Shown here in pieces: positions 26,636-32,000 of a stretch of 32,000 nt of DNA. The DNA is taken from the NCBI GenBank assembly GCA_963765255.1, contig CAVXVI010000001.1, positions 733,983-765,982 on the forward strand, written 5' to 3'. Each line of letters begins with the position of its first letter. Position 1 is the first letter of the stretch. The notes under the pieces are model-generated. The model saw only the letters and a program-made list of their open reading frames with translations. It was not told where the DNA came from and searched no databases. Source of the DNA: an uncultured Methanobacteriaceae archaeon. GTDB lineage: Archaea > Methanobacteriota > Methanobacteria > Methanobacteriales > Methanobacteriaceae. Both the position numbers and the translations under genes were made by a program.

Positions 26636-28165
26636 TCATTTTTTGCCTAATTTTTCTTCTATAATTTTCATATCAACATTTTCACTAACTATTTCAGCCA
26701 ACCTGTCAATTGAAAACTTTTTCATTTCCTCAAAATCATCATTAACATATCCGAGTTTTTCTAAACCCTTCATATCTCTTATATAATCGGTGAAGAATCT
26801 TCGGAAACGAAAGTTGTGGAATATTCCATGTAAATAAGTTCCAGATGTCAAATTATTAACAGCACCATCAAAACATGACTCGGTATTATTACCACACCCA
26901 ACAATCATATCAAGTAATGGTTCAGAGTCCCCAAGGAATGTTAATCCTTCATGAAGTTCATAACCTGTAACTCTTTCTCCTTTTAAACCTTCAAATATCC
27001 CTTTACCTGTTATTTTACCATGACTTTGTGTTACTATTTTATCATTTTTATTAAATTTAGTCTGGATATCAAGCAGTCCTAAACCTTCAACACTACCGTG
27101 CTTAGATTCTTGAAAGTTTTCGTCTATTATTCTTGTTCCCATCAACTGGTATCCACCACATATTCCGAAAATTGGTATCGTTGTTGACAATAGTTTAATC
27201 TCATCTGCGAGTCCTGATTCATTAAGAGCTATCATATCACTTACACTGTTTCTTGTGCCGGGGATTATAATAGCATCTACATCACCTATTTCGTCTGACA
27301 TTTCAATTAATTTAATAGAGACATCTGGTTCGTATTCTAAAGGATCTATATCGGTGAAATTGGATATCTTGGGAAGTCTTATTACTCCAATTTTGATTCT
27401 ACCTTCCTGACTATACTTATGCTCGGTTAATGATGCAGAATCTTCTTCTGGTAGTTTAAGACTGTCATCATAGGGTAATACACCTAAAACTGGTACCCCT
27501 ACAATATCTTCGATTTGTTTTATCCCTGGTTTAAGTATATCTAGATTTCCACGGAACTTATTAATTATGATACCTTTAATTCGTTTTCTGTCTAATTCTG
27601 GTAGAAGAGAGAATGTGCCAGCAATTGATGCAAAAACACCTCCACGGTCAATATCAGCAACCAAGATAACATCTGCATCTGCCATTCGTGCAATCCGCAT
27701 ATTTGCCAAGTCTTTATCTAACATGTTTATTTCTGCAGGAGAACCAGCTCCCTCTATAAAAATAATATCATAATCACTTTTTAATGCTTCAAGTGAACTT
27801 TCAATAGCTTTAAGAGCTTCTTGTCTGAAGTTATTTTGATAATGATAGAAATTCATATCGCCTGCAGGCTTTCCATGGACGATCACTTGGGATATAAAAT
27901 CTTCTTTAGGTTTAAGAAGAATAGGATTCATATTATACGAAGGTTCTACTCCTGCTGCTTCAGCTTGAAGAACTTGTGCCATCGCGATCTCAGCATTTTC
28001 ATTAGTGGTGTACGAGTTAAGGGACATGTTTTGGGATTTAAATGGTGCAACTCTATAACCTCTATTTGCGAATATTCTACATAATGCTGCTACTACAACA
28101 CTTTTACCTGCATTTGAAGATGTTCCTTGTATCATAATGCATAATTTTTTGTTTTCAAGATGCAA
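26636..28165 (-). CDS. cobQ: Cobyric acid synthase (CobQ/CbiP)
   Basis: 509-aa ORF with the N-terminal P-loop IMIQGTSSNAGKSVVVAALCR. The C-terminal GATase-like domain has GICGGYQLMG and YLHGIF. The TTG start at 28165 has a GGAGG RBS 6 nt upstream. An in-frame ATG 10 codons downstream is an alternative start. Confidence 0.93.
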   Translation of the reverse strand: MHLENKKLCIMIQGTSSNAGKSVVVAALCRIFANRGYRVAPFKSQNMSLNSYTTNENAEIAMAQVLQAEAAGVEPSYNMNPILLKPKEDFISQVIVHGKPAGDMNFYHYQNNFRQEALKAIESSLEALKSDYDIIFIEGAGSPAEINMLDKDLANMRIARMADADVILVADIDRGGVFASIAGTFSLLPELDRKRIKGIIINKFRGNLDILKPGIKQIEDIVGVPVLGVLPYDDSLKLPEEDSASLTEHKYSQEGRIKIGVIRLPKISNFTDIDPLEYEPDVSIKLIEMSDEIGDVDAIIIPGTRNSVSDMIALNESGLADEIKLLSTTIPIFGICGGYQLMGTRIIDENFQESKHGSVEGLGLLDIQTKFNKNDKIVTQSHGKITGKGIFEGLKGERVTGYELHEGLTFLGDSEPLLDMIVGCGNNTESCFDGAVNNLTSGTYLHGIFHNFRFRRFFTDYIRDMKGLEKLGYVNDDFEEMKKFSIDRLAEIVSENVDMKIIEEKLGKK

Positions 28166-28718
28166 ATTTGGCCTCCAATATTATAATCTCGTGAATATTT
28201 GTTTTATTAGCTATTATCCTATCTATCCGTTATGATAATTTCAAAATATAATAATTCTTCTATAGGTGATTCTATTTTGGATATGATATTATATGTTATA
28301 TGAAAAGTTGAAATTTATTTATATCATTAGGTCATAACCATACAAAAAGTTGAATTTAATTTAAAGAGTGTTACAATTTTATATTAGAAAATTTATTAGA
28401 ATAAGGAGTATTATTAGATAATATGGACTATATGTTCAAATATATCGGTTTTAACCACTTACAAATAATTTAACAATTTTAACACCAACCAATGCTTTTA
28501 TATACCTTAAGTTACTAAAATAAAAAAAAATACTCGTAGATAAAACAACTGCAATTAACAAAAATCTAAAATAAGTATAAATTATATGTTGATCAATACT
28601 GAAAATTCAAAAGACAAATAACCTAATATACAAGATCATATAATATAATATCAACAGTATAGCAAAATAAACACGTTGATTTTTGTATATTGCAAAATTC
28701 AGGAGGCTGTCATTGATT

Positions 28719-30635
28719 ATGACAAGTGCAAATTCAAATTCTAACAGTTCATTCAAAGATAAACTTGATTTCAGAAGTTATAAATCTTCTGGAGATATAA
28801 ATGTCCCTGTAAGGATAATAGACCAAATAATAGGTCAAGAAGAAGCTGTTGAAACCGTTATAAAGGCTGCAAAACAGAGGAGAAATGTCCTTTTAATTGG
28901 TGAGCCTGGAATCGGTAAATCAATGCTAGCTAAGGGGATGGCAGAGCTTTTGCCTCCTGAAGAACTTCAAGACATACTAGTATATCCTAATATTGAAGAC
29001 AACCATAACCCGCTTATAGGTGCTATGCCTGCTGGCGAAGGTAAAAAGGTTGTAATGAATTACAAAGTAAAGGCCAAAGGACAAGAAGAAAAGAAGAATA
29101 TGATCATGATGATTGTAATCGGATTTATTCTGGTCGCTGGATTTATAACGGCACAGTATTTAGCAGCTATAATAGCTGCAGGAATTGTTTTACTTGTAAT
29201 TATGCAAATGAAACCACGCAGTACTATAATGGTTCCAAAACTTCTTGTAAACAACGACAGTAAGAGTATTGCTCCTTTCGTTGATGCAACAGGTTCCCAT
29301 GCTGGTGCTTTACTTGGTGATGTAAGGCACGATCCTTATCAATCAGGCGGACTTGGGACACCAGCACACGAACGTGTAGAAGCGGGAATGATTCATCGTT
29401 CAAATAAAGGTGTTTTATATGTCGATGAAATAGGCACCATGCAGATGAAAACTCAGCAAGAACTTTTGACAGCTATGCAGGAGAAAAAGTACTCTATAAC
29501 TGGACAAAGTGAAACCAGCAGTGGAGCTATGGTACGTTCTCAAGAAGTCCCATGTGATTTCGTTTTAGTTGCTTCAGGAAACCTCCAAGTATTAGAGGGA
29601 ATGCATATAGCACTTCGTTCAAGGATAAGAGGTTATGGGTATGAAGTATTCATGAAAGATTCCATGCAAGATACTCCAGAAAATAGGGATAAATTAGTAC
29701 AGTTTATTGCACAAGAAGTTAAAAAGGATGGTAGAATACCTCACTTTAGTAGAGAAGCTGTAGCAGAAATTATTCATGAGGCTCAAAGGAGAGCAGGGAA
29801 AAAGGACACTTTAACTCTCAAATTAAGAGACCTCGGAGGGCTTGTGAGGGCAGCAGGCGATATAGCCAAGGGTGAAGGTGCTGATACAGTAACCGTTGCT
29901 CACGTTATTAGCGCTAAAAAACTTGCAAGAACATTAGAACAGCAAATTGCAGATAGATACATTGTCCAAAGGAAAAAATATAGTGTCTTCAAATCTGAAG
30001 GATGTGAAGTTGGAAGGGTCAATGGACTTGCAATAATAGGTGATAGAAGCGGTATACTTTTACCAATTGCCGCTGAAGCGGCTCCTGCTCAAAGTAAAGA
30101 TGAAGGTAAAATTATAGCAACTGGTAAATTAGGAGATATTGCCAAAGAAGCTGTTCAGAATGTAAGTGCTTTGATTAAGAAAAATACCGGTACCGACATA
30201 TCGAACCATGATATACACATACAGTTCCTCCAAGCATATGATGGGGTTGAAGGAGATAGTGCAAGTGTTTCTATTGCAACTGCAGTTGTTTCTGCACTAG
30301 AAAATGTTCCTGTAGATCAATCAGTTGCATTAACAGGATCCTTAAGTGTTAGGGGTGATGTTATGCCTGTAGGTGGGGTTACAGGTAAGATAGAAGCTGC
30401 CGCAGAAGCTGGAATGAAAAAAGTTCTCATACCTGCATCAAACATGGATGATGTTCTGATTGAAGAAAGATACAAAAACAAGATACAAGTGATCCCTGTG
30501 GAAAACATGAGTGATGTTCTTGAACATGCTTTAATTGGTAATGGTAAAGAAGGTCTCATTGAGAAAATGAAGAAAATTACCGATATTGTACCTCAAGGTA
30601 TTCTCCAAAAACCTCATAAACCTATGACTCACTAA
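28719..30635 (+). CDS. lon: Archaeal membrane-bound Lon protease (LonB type)
   Basis: Walker A is [15 protein letters not shown]. Two TM helices ([35 protein letters not shown]) are inserted in the AAA+ module, and Walker B is VLYVDEIG. The C-terminal Ser-Lys protease has [19 protein letters not shown] and [10 protein letters not shown]. The track's TTG at 28683 is unlikely to be the start. AGGAGG at 28701-28706 favours TTG at 28713 or ATG at 28719. Confidence 0.93.
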   Translation: MTSANSNSNSSFKDKLDFRSYKSSGDINVPVRIIDQIIGQEEAVETVIKAAKQRRNVLLIGEPGIGKSMLAKGMAELLPPEELQDILVYPNIEDNHNPLIGAMPAGEGKKVVMNYKVKAKGQEEKKNMIMMIVIGFILVAGFITAQYLAAIIAAGIVLLVIMQMKPRSTIMVPKLLVNNDSKSIAPFVDATGSHAGALLGDVRHDPYQSGGLGTPAHERVEAGMIHRSNKGVLYVDEIGTMQMKTQQELLTAMQEKKYSITGQSETSSGAMVRSQEVPCDFVLVASGNLQVLEGMHIALRSRIRGYGYEVFMKDSMQDTPENRDKLVQFIAQEVKKDGRIPHFSREAVAEIIHEAQRRAGKKDTLTLKLRDLGGLVRAAGDIAKGEGADTVTVAHVISAKKLARTLEQQIADRYIVQRKKYSVFKSEGCEVGRVNGLAIIGDRSGILLPIAAEAAPAQSKDEGKIIATGKLGDIAKEAVQNVSALIKKNTGTDISNHDIHIQFLQAYDGVEGDSASVSIATAVVSALENVPVDQSVALTGSLSVRGDVMPVGGVTGKIEAAAEAGMKKVLIPASNMDDVLIEERYKNKIQVIPVENMSDVLEHALIGNGKEGLIEKMKKITDIVPQGILQKPHKPMTH

Positions 30636-30657
30636 ACTGTGCCCAAGTATAGATTTG

Positions 30658-30693
30658 AATGAAAGAATATCTTTCATTATTATCCATTTTTTT
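30658..30693 (+). terminator. Hairpin plus T-run downstream of lon
   Basis: AATGAAAG (30658-30665), loop AATAT and CTTTCATT (30671-30678) form a perfect 8-bp stem. A T7 run follows at 30687-30693, 23 nt after the lon stop. Confidence 0.5.
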
Positions 30694-30976
30694 ATAATAT
30701 CAAAAAATAAATTTTGTAACCCTATTTTTGATTAAATATCACTATTTTACATATCACCATATTACATAGTATTATAAGTGGTGAGAACATATATTTTACA
30801 ATAGAATTAAATTAGATAATTTATTAAATAATATAAAATGTGTTCCTGAATTTCAAATTAAATTATAGGTACTAATTTTTGATTTCAAAGATTTCAATTC
30901 GAAACCTAACAATTATTTTGAGCGTAATTTAACCTATTCTATTTACTGATTTTCAGGAAGCTAAAAGGAAGATAAA

Positions 30977-32000
30977 ATGGAAAAACTTAGATTTAAAGAT
31001 TTAAATATATCTAGCGAAATACAGAGAGCCGTTGAAGATATGGGATTTGAGGAGGCCACTCCAATTCAGACCCTCGCAATACCACATATTCTTGAGGGTA
31101 AAGACGTCACAGGTCAGGCTCAGACAGGAACAGGTAAGACAGCGGCCTTCGGTATACCAATACTGGAGATGGTTGACCCATCCGAAAGGGAACTCCAGGC
31201 AGTAATACTGTGTCCAACCAGAGAACTTGCAATACAAGTTGCAGAGGAACTGAAAAAATTATCAACTTATCTAAAGAGGGTAAATGTACTGCCAATTTAT
31301 GGTGGGCAACCAATCGAAAGACAGATTAAGGCTCTCAGAAAGGGTGTACAGATTATAATAGGTACTCCTGGTAGGGTAATGGATCATATGAGACGCGGAA
31401 CTCTTGATATGGGACATGTGAAGGTTCTTGTTCTCGATGAAGCAGATGAAATGTTAGACATGGGATTCAGGGAAGATATCGAGTTTGTTTTAGATTACAT
31501 ACCTGATCAGAGACAGATATTATTGTTTTCAGCAACTATGTCACCGGATATTTTATATATAACACGAAGATATCAGGATGATCCAGAATTTTTAAAGGTT
31601 GTTCCCAAAGAACTCACAGTTCCAGAGACAGAACAGGTCTACTTCGAAGTTAAAGAAAAAATGAAACTCGATGTATTGTCACGTCTTCTGGATATCAATG
31701 ACTTTAAATTGTCCCTTGTATTCTGTAACACAAAAAGAAGGGTTGACAAACTAGTAAGTCACCTTCAAATCCGAGGATACGCTGCTGACGGTCTTCATGG
31801 AGATATGAGTCAGAGACAAAGAGATAGTGTCATGTCAAAGTTCAGATCTGGAAATATTGAAATCTTAGTTGCAACAGATGTTGCTGCACGTGGAATCGAT
31901 GTGGAAAATGTAGAAGCAGTTTTCAACTATGATGTACCAAATGATGATGAGTATTACGTTCACAGGATCGGAAGAACTGGTAGAGCTGGAAAAACTGGAA
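30977..32000 (+). CDS. DEAD-box ATP-dependent RNA helicase, N-terminal ~341 codons; continues beyond the right edge
   Basis: Absent from the ORF track because it runs off the edge. My translation from ATG 30977 stays open to 32000. It contains the Q motif (FEEATPIQ), I (AQTGTGKTAAF), Ia (PTRELA), II (VLDEADEM), III (SAT), V (ATDVAARGID) and VI (HRIGRTGRAGKTG). Confidence 0.93.
   Translation, partial: MEKLRFKDLNISSEIQRAVEDMGFEEATPIQTLAIPHILEGKDVTGQAQTGTGKTAAFGIPILEMVDPSERELQAVILCPTRELAIQVAEELKKLSTYLKRVNVLPIYGGQPIERQIKALRKGVQIIIGTPGRVMDHMRRGTLDMGHVKVLVLDEADEMLDMGFREDIEFVLDYIPDQRQILLFSATMSPDILYITRRYQDDPEFLKVVPKELTVPETEQVYFEVKEKMKLDVLSRLLDINDFKLSLVFCNTKRRVDKLVSHLQIRGYAADGLHGDMSQRQRDSVMSKFRSGNIEILVATDVAARGIDVENVEAVFNYDVPNDDEYYVHRIGRTGRAGKTG

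Noticed and set aside
28166-28300. Cobalamin riboswitch upstream of cobQ
   Set aside because: I looked for a B12-box or G+C-rich paired core on the minus strand. The region is nearly pure A/T with no such element, and cobalamin riboswitches are not expected in archaea.
28423-28473. 16-codon mini-ORF (MDYMFKYIGFNHLQII) downstream of an AAGGAG
   Set aside because: The AAGGAG lies 14 nt from the ATG, which is too far. The peptide has no recognisable features, and nothing supports expression.
28683-28718. Track start (TTG 28683) for lon
   Set aside because: It would put the strong AGGAGG (28701-28706) inside the coding region. The TTG at 28713 or the ATG at 28719 are properly spaced.
31001-31313. 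Two minus-strand ORFs of 68-78 aa
   Set aside because: They are antisense to the DEAD-box helicase gene, whose reading frame carries every helicase motif. They are shadow ORFs favoured by the locally higher G+C content.

Overview
This is an AT-rich archaeal chromosomal window whose gene content points to a pseudomurein-walled methanogen (Methanobacteriales-like). Coding density is high. I support 27 protein-coding genes (two truncated by the window edges), a tandem pair of tRNA-Gly genes, and one C/D-box sRNA that the ORF track cannot show. I saw no rRNA, CRISPR array, transposase or integrase.

Housekeeping genes, left to right:
- serS (partial), an amidohydrolase, carB and carA, and a RimI-like GNAT
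- a tightly coupled trio of UPF0146, a type-II P-type ATPase and cbiJ
- pan, aMBF1
- hycI, a PRMT-like methyltransferase and nikR
- a CBS-pair protein, trkA, cobQ, archaeal membrane Lon, and a DEAD-box helicase (partial)

The most interesting region is a 9.4 kb block of co-directional minus-strand genes (13127-22565). It encodes, in order, a CarB-like ATP-grasp enzyme, an MraY-like transferase and three Mur-ligase paralogues (MurE/F-like, MurD-like, MurC-like). That is the cytoplasmic pseudomurein peptide machinery already proposed in the literature. Directly downstream lie two uncharacterised, cysteine-free, extracytoplasmic proteins. One is a small N-terminally anchored protein whose ectodomain reads like an FtsQ/DivIB-type POTRA domain. 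The other is a 420-aa signal-peptide protein with a C-terminal anchor and many N-glycosylation sequons. With them the block resembles a bacterial dcw cluster (mraY-mur-ddl-ftsQ), and they are positional candidates for the still unassigned outer-face steps of pseudomurein assembly.

Other points worth a second look:
- a MurT-type Cys4 zinc ribbon inside the MurC-like ligase
- a roughly 65-aa insertion in the MraY-like protein
- a textbook C/D-box sRNA just downstream of pan
- a PRMT-like methyltransferase whose conserved N-terminus has no canonical start codon
- a perfect 25-bp palindrome between nikR and the methyltransferase-hycI operon
- a helicase gene that is compositionally distinct from its neighbours

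All functional calls rest on my reading of motifs in the translations. No database search was run.
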